64,000 bases of DNA from an uncultured Bdellovibrio sp. (GCA_964498705.1 CAZCHT010000003.1:960-64959), one strand, 5' to 3'; positions 1 through 9,690 are shown, counted from the first letter of the stretch. Numbers and translations: made by a program. Notes: generated by a model not told the origin, from the sequence alone.

Positions 1-2
1 GA

Positions 3-194
3 GGCGGGATCAGTTCCGGCGAGCCCATCCTATTTCGCATTTTTTTTAAACCGACGGCGACGGTGCTAGACGTTGCTAAAAAAGGGCGTCATGATCCTTG
101 TATTGTCATTCGGGCGATTCCTGTTTTAGAATCTATGGCGTGGATAGTTTTAGCAGATCACGTTCTTTGGGCGCGACAAGATAAATTAAAGTAG
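3..194 (+). CDS. 3' end of an upstream gene running off the window start (function unknown)
   Basis: Frame +3 is open from base 3 to TAG at 192-194 (...[58 protein letters not shown]). It is absent from the ORF track because it has no start in the window. No family recognised. Confidence 0.3.
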   Translation, partial: GGISSGEPILFRIFFKPTATVLDVAKKGRHDPCIVIRAIPVLESMAWIVLADHVLWARQDKLK

Positions 195-201
195 GGGACG
201 C

Positions 202-1386
202 ATGAAGTTTTCAAGATTTGCCCAAGCGCTAGCCGGTTCTTCAACAATGAAGGCTACTCTGAAGGCTCAGGATTTAAAGTCGAAGGGGCAGGACATCGTT
301 ATTGGAACCGTGGGTGAGCCCCAAGAAAATGTCGAGCCAAAAATCACGCAGGCCCTGGTACAGTATATAGAGAACCACGCCGCCCGCTATTCGTCTTCGC
401 AAGGCTTACTGAGTACTCGAAAAGTAATATCGCAATGGTTCCTAAAAGTGTACGGAACGAACTATTCGCCAGAAGAAATTATTGTCACCCCCGGGTCCAA
501 ATTCGGCCTGTATGCTCTGATGCAAATTTTGTGTGATACCGAAGATGAAGTTATAATACCGGCACCATATTGGGTGAGTTACATAACTCAGGCAAAGATG
601 GCCGGAGCGGTGCCCGTCATTGCCATGCCGGACGAGAACTATAAATTGAATGGATTGACGCTGAAAAAGGTACTCACGCAGAAGACTCGTTTGTTAATTT
701 TAAATTCACCCAACAATCCCAGCGGCGCCGTATATTCTAAAACAGAATTGCAGGAACTATATCAGGTTTTAAAGAATTATCCTAACGTAGCCGTTATCTG
801 CGACGATATCTATAATCAATTAGTGCATGGGACGGCGGAGCGAGCGGCTAGTTTTTTGGATTTTGTGGATGAAGATTTCAAGAAACGAATATTTATCGTT
901 CATGGAGTTTCTAAAAGCTACGCCATGACAGGATGGCGCATGGGCTGGGTAGCTGGTCCCGTCGAAGTCATTCAGAAATTGAACGACTTTTGCGGTCAGA
1001 CCCTAACATCTATACCCGATTTCATCCAAAAGGCAGCGGATGTGGCATTAACTGAATGTGATCACTATGTTACTGAGTTAAAAGAAAAAATGACGGAGCG
1101 TCACGCGTTTGTGCAGAAAAAACTAGCGAATCTAAAGTCGCTTTCGGTGTATCGGTCGGAAGGCGCTTTTTATATTTGGATTAAGCTTTGTGATTCCTCG
1201 ATGAATTCGGCCGCCGTGTGCGAAGAAATTCTAATAGCTCAGGGGCTGGCGCTGGTCCCGGGTGAAGCGTTTGGTATGCCCTTTCACTTACGTCTGTCGC
1301 TGACAATTTCGGATTCCGATATTGAAAAAGCCGTGGCAAAATTAGTAGATTTTTTTTCTCACCGTGACAGTAAAACTAAGGTTTGA
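202..1386 (+). CDS. Class I/II PLP-dependent aminotransferase (aspartate/aromatic aminotransferase family)
   Basis: 394-aa ORF with family hallmarks NSPNNPSGAVY and the PLP-lysine motif SKSYAMTGWRMGW. A GGGGA RBS-like sequence lies just upstream of ATG 202. Confidence 0.9.
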   Translation: MKFSRFAQALAGSSTMKATLKAQDLKSKGQDIVIGTVGEPQENVEPKITQALVQYIENHAARYSSSQGLLSTRKVISQWFLKVYGTNYSPEEIIVTPGSKFGLYALMQILCDTEDEVIIPAPYWVSYITQAKMAGAVPVIAMPDENYKLNGLTLKKVLTQKTRLLILNSPNNPSGAVYSKTELQELYQVLKNYPNVAVICDDIYNQLVHGTAERAASFLDFVDEDFKKRIFIVHGVSKSYAMTGWRMGWVAGPVEVIQKLNDFCGQTLTSIPDFIQKAADVALTECDHYVTELKEKMTERHAFVQKKLANLKSLSVYRSEGAFYIWIKLCDSSMNSAAVCEEILIAQGLALVPGEAFGMPFHLRLSLTISDSDIEKAVAKLVDFFSHRDSKTKV

Positions 1387-1387
1387 A

Positions 1388-2437
1388 ATGAAAAAGAGTA
1401 AAGTTGAATTCAAAACGAAGTTGCCGACCCCAAAACAATTAGGTGCCTCAAACTTAATTGTTTATGACCGATTCTTTGATCAAGTATTGCCCGAACTAGA
1501 GCCTATTCAAACGTGGTTAAAGTCTTTTCCCTTTCGAATTGGTTTTGACAGCGGTGAACCCTTGAAAGATTTGAATCAATTTCCTGAGAAGATCGAAAAA
1601 ATATTGGATATCGTAAGTCAGATGGCTATTAAGAATGTGCAGATCGTCAGCGTCGGTGGCGGTAGCCTGGGCGACTTTGCCGGATTTGTCGCTAGCATTC
1701 TGAAACGGGGTTTACCGTTGGTGCATATTCCAACAACGTGGTTGTCGGCTATGGATTCCTCTCACGGGGGGAAGACGGCATTAAATGTCGGCGGATACAA
1801 AAATCAAGTGGGCAGCTTTTATCCGGCCGATCGCGTCCTCCTAGTTAAGCCGATACTTTTTTTACAACCGGAAGCTCGCAGCAGTGAGGCCTACGGCGAA
1901 GCCATCAAAATGGCGCTTCTGACCGGAGGAACATTCTGGTCTGATTTTTCTAAGATAAAAAAATTCGATAATAAAACGGCTTGGAAATATTTGCCTCAGC
2001 TAATCCGAGGAAAATACAAAATCGTAAGCCAAGATCCCTTTGAGAAAAAGGGGATACGTCATTTGCTGAATTTAGGACATACGTTCGGTCATGTTTGGGA
2101 AGCGTCTCAGAATTTGGCGCACGGGATTGCCGTGGCCTACGGAATTCGGGCCGCGCTGGAATTTTCAAAGGATATGAAAATTTTAAGTCCAGCCGACTAC
2201 GCGCGGTTAAACGCCGCTCCTGCGGTTGGACTGCTGCCGTCGCATGCGGCTCTGTGTGCGCTAGTGGCAATAACCCACAACCCGGAACAATATCTGCTGC
2301 GAGACAAAAAGATTTCAAAACGAAAAACTTTACGATTTATTTTTATTAAACGGGCTGGTCAGTGTCCAATCGCAGATGTGACAATAGAAAACCTGATACA
2401 TTTTTATTCTAAATTGAAAATCGGTGAAAATAAATGA
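1388..2437 (+). CDS. aroB: 3-dehydroquinate synthase family protein (AroB-like)
   Basis: Motifs GGGSLGDFAGFVAS, PTTWLSAMDSSHGGKTALN and LNLGHTFGH...AHGIAVAYG match the DHQ synthase nucleotide and metal sites. The ORF track starts at GTG 1364, but ATG 1388 (MKKSKVEF) with an upstream AAGG is the more likely start. Confidence 0.8.
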   Translation: MKKSKVEFKTKLPTPKQLGASNLIVYDRFFDQVLPELEPIQTWLKSFPFRIGFDSGEPLKDLNQFPEKIEKILDIVSQMAIKNVQIVSVGGGSLGDFAGFVASILKRGLPLVHIPTTWLSAMDSSHGGKTALNVGGYKNQVGSFYPADRVLLVKPILFLQPEARSSEAYGEAIKMALLTGGTFWSDFSKIKKFDNKTAWKYLPQLIRGKYKIVSQDPFEKKGIRHLLNLGHTFGHVWEASQNLAHGIAVAYGIRAALEFSKDMKILSPADYARLNAAPAVGLLPSHAALCALVAITHNPEQYLLRDKKISKRKTLRFIFIKRAGQCPIADVTIENLIHFYSKLKIGENK

Positions 2438-2681
2438 GATGGTTAATCGTTGATCTTTGCCTCATCTATGTTCTTTCTATCTACAGACTCTACTGCTTAG
2501 TGTATTCCTTAACGGCGCAGACCTTAAAAATAGTGCGGTCTGTATGTTGCAAACATCACAATCTATTAACAAGAAAACTGCTAGGTCAATTTTCTTAGAG
2601 TAAATGAAAAATTTGAAATTCATCTACAACAGTTAAAACCGTATTGTTGAGCATGACAAAGTTGTCATGCTGGAGGTTTTT

Positions 2682-3032
2682 GTGAAAAAACAAAGTCTAT
2701 TCTTAGTGTTTTGCTTAATCTGTTTTCCGCTTTCTAGTTTTGCAGAAGTGTCCCAAAAAGCTTCTGAAATGAGAAAGCCTGTGTCTGAGCCACCAAGCAA
2801 GGGAGCTCAAAAGAGAGCACGGGATCAAGTGGAAGTAAGTAAAAAAGAGCTTTTAACGAAACTAAAAAACAATGATTCTCCCGAGGTCATTGGCAATGCC
2901 AAGGCTCGTGTGCAAATTGACCGAACTGGAAGCATTCGACAAGACTATCTAGATCAAGAAAAGAAAAATGAAGCCAAGAATAATAAAAAGTGTACATTGC
3001 CACCTTGTCCAGAGAAAACTGAAAATCGGTAG
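2682..3032 (+). CDS. Small secreted protein, unknown function
   Basis: GTG 2682 is preceded by GGAGG and gives MKKQSLFLVFCLICFPLSSFAEV, a classic signal peptide. The remainder is Lys/Glu-rich. The ORF track start 2667 lies inside a palindrome. Confidence 0.5.
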   Translation: MKKQSLFLVFCLICFPLSSFAEVSQKASEMRKPVSEPPSKGAQKRARDQVEVSKKELLTKLKNNDSPEVIGNAKARVQIDRTGSIRQDYLDQEKKNEAKNNKKCTLPPCPEKTENR

Positions 3033-3244
3033 TGCAAACTCTTGAGACACATAAGCCAGCTGATATGATTCACTGTCAAACCTTATGACTCCTGTTTAAA
3101 TATTCATGACAGTGATTTTACTGCGATCTCAAAATGCGACACTTTCATCCATTATACCTATCCTATCCTTTTCTAAATCGTAGTCTCAATCCTACTTAGA
3201 GCCCCTGCTTTGCACTGTCATCAGGGTGGGTGGGGGAAATTACA

Positions 3245-3976
3245 ATGGGTTCCAAATTAAAAAAATCAACGATAGTTATTTTTGTTTCAATTATATTCAG
3301 TTTAGCATATCAAAATTGCTCTCGTTCCGGTTTTATAACCCATGGTACAGATGGGGAAGAAAGTCTTTCTTCTGAGGCTCCTCCCATACTCAATGATCCG
3401 GTTACGGTCAGCTCCGCTGCCATTAGCAGTTCAGGCTCGGAATTGCCAAAGGCATCGGCCAATACAGCCTGTGAATGTGAGTTCGATTTAAAATCATATT
3501 ATAGTCAAGGCTACACAACGACCTTTTATTACGACAACGGAAAGACTTATGAACCAGATGCTGCCACCAAAGTCATGCGCCTTCCAGGAAAAATGAAAGA
3601 TCAGTTTCAAATGACTAAGGGGAACAAAATGGTTTTCTTTGTCTGTAATAAAGGGGTATTAAAAGTTTCTACCTGGGACGGAGATTCTAGTGCTATTGTC
3701 GCACAAGAACCAGTTCTTGCCGTCGCTAAAGATTGTCCAAATATCGAATGTAAATTCAAACTTGAGTCTGGTTACACAACGACTTTTGTATATGCTAATG
3801 GGAAAAGCTATGCACCTGATGCTGCGGGAAATATGACACTTCCCGGGAACTTCAATCCCTATCAGTTAAATACTTACAATTCGAATGGTAATTATATTTA
3901 TTACCAATGTGAAAAAGGGATACTAACAACACTTGATCATAACATCAGAATCATCAGCATTGCACCTGCCTATTAA
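3245..3976 (+). CDS. Secreted protein with two tandem Cys-containing ~85-aa repeats, unknown function
   Basis: ATG 3245 follows GGGGGA. It has an N-terminal hydrophobic signal (KKSTIVIFVSIIFSLAYQNCS). There is an internal duplication: CEFDLKSYYSQGYTTTFYYDNGKTYEPDAA...FVCNKGVLKVS versus CKFKLESGYTTTFVYANGKSYAPDAA...YQCEKGILTTL. Confidence 0.6.
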   Translation: MGSKLKKSTIVIFVSIIFSLAYQNCSRSGFITHGTDGEESLSSEAPPILNDPVTVSSAAISSSGSELPKASANTACECEFDLKSYYSQGYTTTFYYDNGKTYEPDAATKVMRLPGKMKDQFQMTKGNKMVFFVCNKGVLKVSTWDGDSSAIVAQEPVLAVAKDCPNIECKFKLESGYTTTFVYANGKSYAPDAAGNMTLPGNFNPYQLNTYNSNGNYIYYQCEKGILTTLDHNIRIISIAPAY

Positions 3977-4173
3977 ATACAAGCGGACAAGTTATTCCGG
4001 AGGGGCGCCGCTCACTGGGCCTAATTTTTTAATCAGACGCATGTACGTGTTGTCTCTCGATAGAACGATTCTTAATAGAACCCGTGAATAAGCTCCCCAA
4101 GATAAGGTTCTATTTTTTGTTAAGTCTCAAGCTGAGGCTTAAGATTTCCATAGTGGAAACCGACCATACATGT

Positions 4174-4503
4174 ATGGGAACAAAATTCCATGCTATATAT
4201 ATGATTGTGTTTACCCTATTGTCATCAGGCTGTACATGGAACGCTTCGCTAAATGGTTTAAGTGAATCTTCATCAGGAACAAGCGGTGATAAAGTTGGAT
4301 CAATCGGACTTGAATGTGCTGACAACACAGCGACCAGTAATACTTGTAAAGTTTCACAAGCGGGAAAGATCGTAACGTCTAGTATTAGGTTCAGGTTCAT
4401 ATCAAACGACAATGGCATCAAGTGCTTTAAGAGATGCGGGTGTTCAAGTGATTGTAAATTTGTCAGGGCAAACAATCTCGAATCAAATCACATTAGACAA
4501 TGA
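4174..4503 (+). pseudogene. Signal-peptide/lipobox-bearing N-terminal fragment, apparently the displaced 5' part of the DUF1566 gene (frameshift)
   Basis: ATG 4174 gives MGTKFHAIYMIVFTLLSSGC (signal peptide plus Cys), then Ser/Gly/Thr-rich sequence. This frame ends at 4503 after a junk-like tail. The +1 frame is open from 4376 and continues as the DUF1566 ORF. Confidence 0.4.
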
Positions 4504-5611
4504 GCAAAACACATATGCTGGTGCTAATTTGCCAACAACGGGTGGATATAATTATAGGGATATTCCAGATGTAACTAAAGATGATGACGGTCGTGATGGC
4601 ATTACTTGTAAATATGCCCCAAGACCTTCAAACGATTGTGGAACAACTCAAAATACCATCACAGCAAGAATTGCAGATTGTGTGACACAAAATCCATCAA
4701 CATCAATATGGAATGGATCTACACAATGTAACCGTGGCCAAGGGTCTTGGAAATTAGTAACAAGGCAAGGTGTTAATAAAGAAGTATGGCAAGATCAGCG
4801 GACAGGGCAACTTTGGAGTTCTGCAGTGACAGTAGACACTAATTGGTGTCAAGCCAGTGGTAATACGCAACCGGCACCAGTTTCATATTCAATGTCCTAT
4901 AATAACACATTCGGAACCCCAATAATTGGTAACGGTAGTATCGGAGCTTTAAGTGGTGGGGTTACATCTGCTGCAGGTGCGATCACGATTACCTTTACAA
5001 GTGCTACAACGTTTACTGTGTCGGGAGCTAGTTGTGGAACTGGTTCAGCAAGTGGAGCACTCACGACAACAGCTGGCTCAATAGTAACCTGGTCTAGAGC
5101 AAATTATTGTAGTTTTACTTTAACTCAAGGATCTACAAATTTTGCTGTGAATGACAAATTTGAACTTCAAAGTATTCAGGCGACAGCTTATAGCTGCGCT
5201 CCAGGGGCCGCATCAGCATTACAGCCAGCAAGTCCTATAAGCTATTGCGCAGAGGCAGCAGGTGTAAATGCATCAGCAGGCGAAAACTGGGCTTCTGGAG
5301 TTTATCTGGCTGAAAAAGGTGGTATGGGAAAGACTTCCACAGCTCAAAGTCCATCAGTAAGGTGGCGTCTGCCTACGATCGAAGATTACAAAGTTGCAGA
5401 CATAAATGGAATTAGATTTGTTTTTTCTGATATGGGAATAGCAGGAAGCAGTAGGCCTTCGATGGATGGTTCAGTCGGTGGGAATAATGAGTGGTCGTCC
5501 ACGCTATCTGCTGGATATAGAAATACCGCACTTTATTTCAGCTCGAGCGCCGGCTGGACATCAACCCATGACAGAAACCTATCCCGTTTTGCCCGGTGCG
5601 TGGGACGTTGA
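4412..5611 (+). CDS. DUF1566 (Lcl C-terminal domain)-containing secreted protein
   Basis: C-terminal WRLPTIEDYKVA and terminal ARCVGR resemble the DUF1566 signature (WRLPT..EL ... RCVR). It is Cys-rich and Thr/Ser/Gly-rich. No signal peptide is present from M4412, which supports fusion with the upstream fragment. Confidence 0.7.
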   Translation: MASSALRDAGVQVIVNLSGQTISNQITLDNEQNTYAGANLPTTGGYNYRDIPDVTKDDDGRDGITCKYAPRPSNDCGTTQNTITARIADCVTQNPSTSIWNGSTQCNRGQGSWKLVTRQGVNKEVWQDQRTGQLWSSAVTVDTNWCQASGNTQPAPVSYSMSYNNTFGTPIIGNGSIGALSGGVTSAAGAITITFTSATTFTVSGASCGTGSASGALTTTAGSIVTWSRANYCSFTLTQGSTNFAVNDKFELQSIQATAYSCAPGAASALQPASPISYCAEAAGVNASAGENWASGVYLAEKGGMGKTSTAQSPSVRWRLPTIEDYKVADINGIRFVFSDMGIAGSSRPSMDGSVGGNNEWSSTLSAGYRNTALYFSSSAGWTSTHDRNLSRFARCVGR

Positions 5612-5808
5612 TAATTTCGAATAACTTTTTGCATGCTAATTAAATCATTAATTCCAATCCTGTAGGCATTATATCAAATTTAATTCTTGTGATTTAAATT
5701 GTAGGTCACAATAGTCGTGGATCGTGTAAACAGAATCAATGTTGCTCGCAATCCCGTAAGAAAAATTCTGAATCTGATTTTTACTATTTTTACGGCTAGG
5801 GATGTTAC

Positions 5809-7068
5809 TTATTTTGATAGTATGACCAAAGGATGATGTCTTAACTCATTAGCCTGCATTTTTGATAGTTCTGGATATTCAAGAACTCGTGATGGAATTG
5901 GATCCATGATATTTGAGCTACCTTCATTCGAGTTAGTGTCGGTATAAAGATCATGAATTGTAGAGTTAATCTCATAAGTATGAGACAAGCCAAGATAGTG
6001 AAGAATTTCATGGGTTAATACTATTGCCAATTCATGCGGTGGTTGGGTAAAAGTTTCTCCAATTCCTAATATGACACCAAAGTTTTTAAAATTACTTTCT
6101 GTCAATGGTCCTGGTATTCCTGGTGAAAATCCGTAAACTCTACCATAACTTTCTAAATAGGTTTCTTTTGCTAAAAAAACATTTAATACAGGTCGTTTAG
6201 TTTGGTGGTTCTTACCAAAAAGGCTAAGAATTTGTCTATCAGAATCGACAATTAAATTGTCTGCAATTTCGGCGGTTTCATCAATTACAACTTTTACATT
6301 GGCCGGCTCTAAAATTCGATTCACGCGGGTAATTACTTCGTGAAATTCTGAATGCTTTTCATTCCATTCTCTGGCTCCGGAAAACAAGATCCGTAGTGGT
6401 AAAATAGCTGGAGCCCTTTTTGGCATTTGGGGCTTATAAGTTACTCGAATACTAACAGAGTGGTCCTTGAATTTGTCTTCGATGAGAGCTGCTATCTTGA
6501 ACGTATATCTTCCAGGTTTAATTTTGAATCCGCCACTGATCTCAGAAGTTAAAGCAAGCGAAGCAAAACCATTAAAAAACCCTGGTATCGAACGAACTGG
6601 TGATAAAAATGCAGCCATGGCATCAGGTGAATTGCCTAATAACTTTTGCAAACTCTGTTGATATTCTTTTGAGGGTGTAGATATCTTTTGCATATTTTCC
6701 ATAACTAATTCGTAACCGTCAGGATCACTAAGTGATTTAATTAAATAAATCTGTTTATCGGAACCCAGGATATTAATGTGAACACTGCCAGTACCCTTTG
6801 GAACATCTAAAGATATGGTCTCTGATGTGGAGCTTGTCATATCTATAACAAATTTTTCTTGAATGAGATTCCCTACTTGTTCTTTCGCGTAGCGATTCGA
6901 ATAGAATTTCATGCAACTAGAGTTTGTCATAGTAGCTGCTGAAGCTTTGGTATTAAATGAAAAGAAAGATAATATCATTAAAGCTATAATTGGAAACAAA
7001 GAATTACCGATCGGTAAAACAAATATTAAGATAAAGAAATAGCTTCTTTTCTCTTTAAACAAGGTCAC
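5809..7068 (-). CDS. Secreted metzincin-type zinc metalloprotease
   Basis: The HEILHYLGLSH motif matches the HExxHxxGxxH zinc-binding motif. An N-terminal hydrophobic segment is present, and a downstream NIMDP is a possible Met-turn. Confidence 0.7.
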   Translation of the reverse strand: MTLFKEKRSYFFILIFVLPIGNSLFPIIALMILSFFSFNTKASAATMTNSSCMKFYSNRYAKEQVGNLIQEKFVIDMTSSTSETISLDVPKGTGSVHINILGSDKQIYLIKSLSDPDGYELVMENMQKISTPSKEYQQSLQKLLGNSPDAMAAFLSPVRSIPGFFNGFASLALTSEISGGFKIKPGRYTFKIAALIEDKFKDHSVSIRVTYKPQMPKRAPAILPLRILFSGAREWNEKHSEFHEVITRVNRILEPANVKVVIDETAEIADNLIVDSDRQILSLFGKNHQTKRPVLNVFLAKETYLESYGRVYGFSPGIPGPLTESNFKNFGVILGIGETFTQPPHELAIVLTHEILHYLGLSHTYEINSTIHDLYTDTNSNEGSSNIMDPIPSRVLEYPELSKMQANELRHHPLVILSK

Positions 7069-7458
7069 TCCTAAGTCAAAGCTATAGATTCAATTTTATA
7101 GAATGAAATTCCATTGTCCGATAAATAAAATTGTGAGCCGATTATATCATTAGATTATGACACTTAGAAATTCTTTCCTAGCCTGCGATGCCAAGCCCAG
7201 TAAAGTTTGTAAGGGTGTCAACGTCTTAGACACTGGCCGTGGGCCAGATAGGTCACATCCCTTTCGGGCGATCGTGAAAGGGAAAGCTTGCAGCCTTGGG
7301 GGTCTTAAGACAATAAGCCTATTTTTGCTTGCTAGTGAATTAAATTAATACACCTGAGCTCAAATAGAATCTCATTTAAATTCTAAATTAAGCCATCTTT
7401 AAACTGATCGATTGGCAGAGTCTTGCATATTGAATTATCTTTATTAAAGGAGCCACTT

Positions 7459-7869
7459 ATGACTAAAACTCTTATTGCGACTATTAGTATATTTTTGGCG
7501 ATGACTTGTTTTGCAGCGGCAGGAGAAATTTCCGTTCTTCATCGCGGAGTAAATCCCAACGCCATCACAGTCAATGTTGATTATAGTATTTCACTTGGAA
7601 AAGAAACTAGTTACAGCAATAGAAATTATATAATGGACCTAGCAGATATGAATTCAAAAGTATTAGAAGCAAAAAGACAGGGACAGGTTGTCGATATTTT
7701 GATAGATAAGTCAGCCCAACGCTTCACTCTTGATGTAATTACAATGCAAGTAAGAGCCGCAACAAAAGAAGAACGAGAAAATTTGGTAACTACCACCCAA
7801 GATCAAAATTTAGCATTACAAGCTGAAATTATACAATTACGTGAAAAACTAAGAAGCCTTGGTCAATAA
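7459..7869 (+). CDS. Small secreted protein with C-terminal coiled coil, unknown function
   Basis: ATG 7459 is preceded by AAAGGAG and gives the signal peptide MTKTLIATISIFLAMTCFAAAGE. The C-terminus is heptad-like ([19 protein letters not shown]). Its last ~130 bp are duplicated at 20110-20242. Confidence 0.6.
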   Translation: MTKTLIATISIFLAMTCFAAAGEISVLHRGVNPNAITVNVDYSISLGKETSYSNRNYIMDLADMNSKVLEAKRQGQVVDILIDKSAQRFTLDVITMQVRAATKEERENLVTTTQDQNLALQAEIIQLREKLRSLGQ

Positions 7870-7915
7870 GACGATAGTTCTGCTATGAGAGCCTCAAGAG
7901 CCAGCGTTCTCTGTT
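7737..7915. repeat. Left copy of the 179-bp direct repeat (3' end of the 7459-7869 ORF plus a duplicated 50-bp 3' end of hisS)
   Basis: Aligns without gaps to 20110-20288 at a constant offset of 12373 bp. There are six mismatches (7742, 7767, 7789, 7793, 7809, 7815). Positions 7816-7915 are identical. Confidence 0.9.
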
Positions 7916-8006
7916 TCTTCAAATAAAAATTTATTTTTCAATTTGTTCATAGATCAAGGGTACATGAATAATTTAAAAAACCCGTTGATCGGTAACATAT
8001 TTAAAT

Positions 8007-8798
8007 TCAATCAAATAACTGAGGGTTCGCAGATTCTATTATTTCTTTAAAAGTTGAAAATAGTCTACTAGCCGGACCACCCCCCATTATTCTTCGATCA
8101 AAAGAAAGTAACAAGGGAATGCTTAAGGCGGCCTCAACGTTATTTTCAATAACTAGAGCTCTTTTTTCAACTTTCCCAAAAGAAAAGGTTAACGGCCAAG
8201 GCCATGTGGTCATAACAAGATCAGCTCCAGCTTTAGAAGGAGAGTTAACCCAAGCGGCGCATCCTCTATATTTTATCCAATAATAAGGACTCCAATAAGG
8301 CATATTAATCAAAATATTACTGAAGGGCCTTGGGATGTATTTTAAAACTCTCATGAATGTTTTAAATTTTGGATCATTGGCTTCATTACAATTCACAAGT
8401 GTTTGCAGTTCATTGGTTATTAAAGCTATTTTTTTTATTAGTGGCGAAGTAATGACGGCGGCATAGGCTTGTCCAGGAAGCGCCGGTAAAGATTTTTCTA
8501 CGGCTACACAAATGTCTATATTCTCAAACTGGTAGAGTCTTTTAAAGAAGGGTGGACCTAATATCGCTCGGTTAGCTTCAGGATGAAGTTTCATCGTCAT
8601 GGCCGCTGCTTTTATGACTAAGGCCGTATAGGATGGAGTTGCTTTACCTTGAGCTCGTAATAAATATCGCTGGTGATTCAAATTCTCTGCACAAGCAAGT
8701 GCGGTCATTGTAACCATATGTCCAGGTACTAAGATATCATTCATAGCCCAGGATGTTTTTTCTGCAGATGAAATGTTAATTTTGCTGAAGCTAGCCAT
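8007..8798 (-). CDS. Stand-alone 2-oxoacid dehydrogenase E2 catalytic-domain-like (CAT-fold) protein with the catalytic His replaced by Arg
   Basis: The 263-aa ORF aligns to the E2 catalytic domain only (PSYTALVIKAAAMTMKLHPEANR ... SFDRRIMGGGPASRLF versus canonical S.DHR.IDG...A.FL). It has no lipoyl or subunit-binding domains. Confidence 0.75.
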   Translation of the reverse strand: MASFSKINISSAEKTSWAMNDILVPGHMVTMTALACAENLNHQRYLLRAQGKATPSYTALVIKAAAMTMKLHPEANRAILGPPFFKRLYQFENIDICVAVEKSLPALPGQAYAAVITSPLIKKIALITNELQTLVNCNEANDPKFKTFMRVLKYIPRPFSNILINMPYWSPYYWIKYRGCAAWVNSPSKAGADLVMTTWPWPLTFSFGKVEKRALVIENNVEAALSIPLLLSFDRRIMGGGPASRLFSTFKEIIESANPQLFD

Positions 8799-8918
8799 TT
8801 AAACCTCTTTATTTGATTTATTAATGGTAACAGCGTGGGCTATTAGCTTGTGCGGTTTTGTGACTTTTTATAATTTTTTTGTTGTTGTGGGGGTAAGTTT
8901 ATAATTGAATACAAAATC

Positions 8919-9677
8919 ATGAATAATAATTGTCAATTGAGTATTAATACAAAAAGTTACGAATCTAAAGTTCAAAACATTAGTCCTGAAATGATGTTTA
9001 TGTCCAGGCAACAAAGTTATAAGAAAAATCAAAAACAAATAGAAGCCTATGGTGAACATTGGATGATAGCTTTTGCCGACTTAAAACCAGGCGAAATTGG
9101 CATAAGACATGGCCAACTGTCTATTCCTTTAAGTGGACCTTGTGGAATTCTAATAGGAACTAACTCTATTGTTGAATTTGAATTTCAAAAAACGGATATA
9201 AACTGGTATGCAATTAGCTCACTCAGTTTAAATCTACCACAATGCTTTCATGAGAAAGTTATCTTTTTTGAATGGGATAAACAAATACCTAAAAATTTTG
9301 AAACTATTTTTGACTCTATTAAATTAATGCCTAATAAAAAAGAGATAGAAATGCAACGCTACTCATCGGCTGTGGCGCTCAAAACAAAGCATTTCATAGA
9401 TAATAATTTTTCAGAAATATTGCTAATCACAGATTTAGCAAAAAAATTAAATTACTCTAGAAGTGTTATGACCAGGGAATTTACAAAAGCTTATGGAATT
9501 TCTCCGTTTGAATACCGTCAAAAAGTTCGAGTTTACAGAGCTGTTAGAGTGTTGGCAGCGGGAGCTAATGTTACTACAGCCCTTGTTGAATCAGGATTCT
9601 CATCCCAAACTCAATTTTTCCACCAATTTAAGAAACATATAGGTACTCAACCGTTTAATTATAAATATTCAAAATAA
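8919..9677 (+). CDS. AraC family transcriptional regulator (paralog A)
   Basis: The C-terminal double HTH is ITDLAKKLNYSRSVMTREFTKAYGISPFEYRQKVRVYRAV...GFSSQTQFFHQFKKHIG. It is divergent from the E2-like gene at 8007-8798. Confidence 0.85.
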   Translation: MNNNCQLSINTKSYESKVQNISPEMMFMSRQQSYKKNQKQIEAYGEHWMIAFADLKPGEIGIRHGQLSIPLSGPCGILIGTNSIVEFEFQKTDINWYAISSLSLNLPQCFHEKVIFFEWDKQIPKNFETIFDSIKLMPNKKEIEMQRYSSAVALKTKHFIDNNFSEILLITDLAKKLNYSRSVMTREFTKAYGISPFEYRQKVRVYRAVRVLAAGANVTTALVESGFSSQTQFFHQFKKHIGTQPFNYKYSK

Positions 9678-9690
9678 TACTCAAAAAAAA

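Noticed and set aside
1950-2349. ORFs 1950-2318 (-) and 2095-2349 (+) inside the aroB-like gene
   Set aside because: Both are fully embedded in a well-supported DHQ-synthase-family ORF. Their products are Arg/Pro/Ala-rich with junk-like composition typical of off-frame translation of a GC-richer gene.
7157-7348. 63-aa ORF as a protein-coding gene
   Set aside because: It has no RBS, no recognisable family, and lies in a hairpin-dense GC-rich patch. It is treated instead as a possible RNA or relic (see findings).
7866-7915. A second hisS gene or fragment with function
   Set aside because: Only the last 50 bp of hisS are duplicated, with no start or catalytic region. It is a by-product of the direct repeat.
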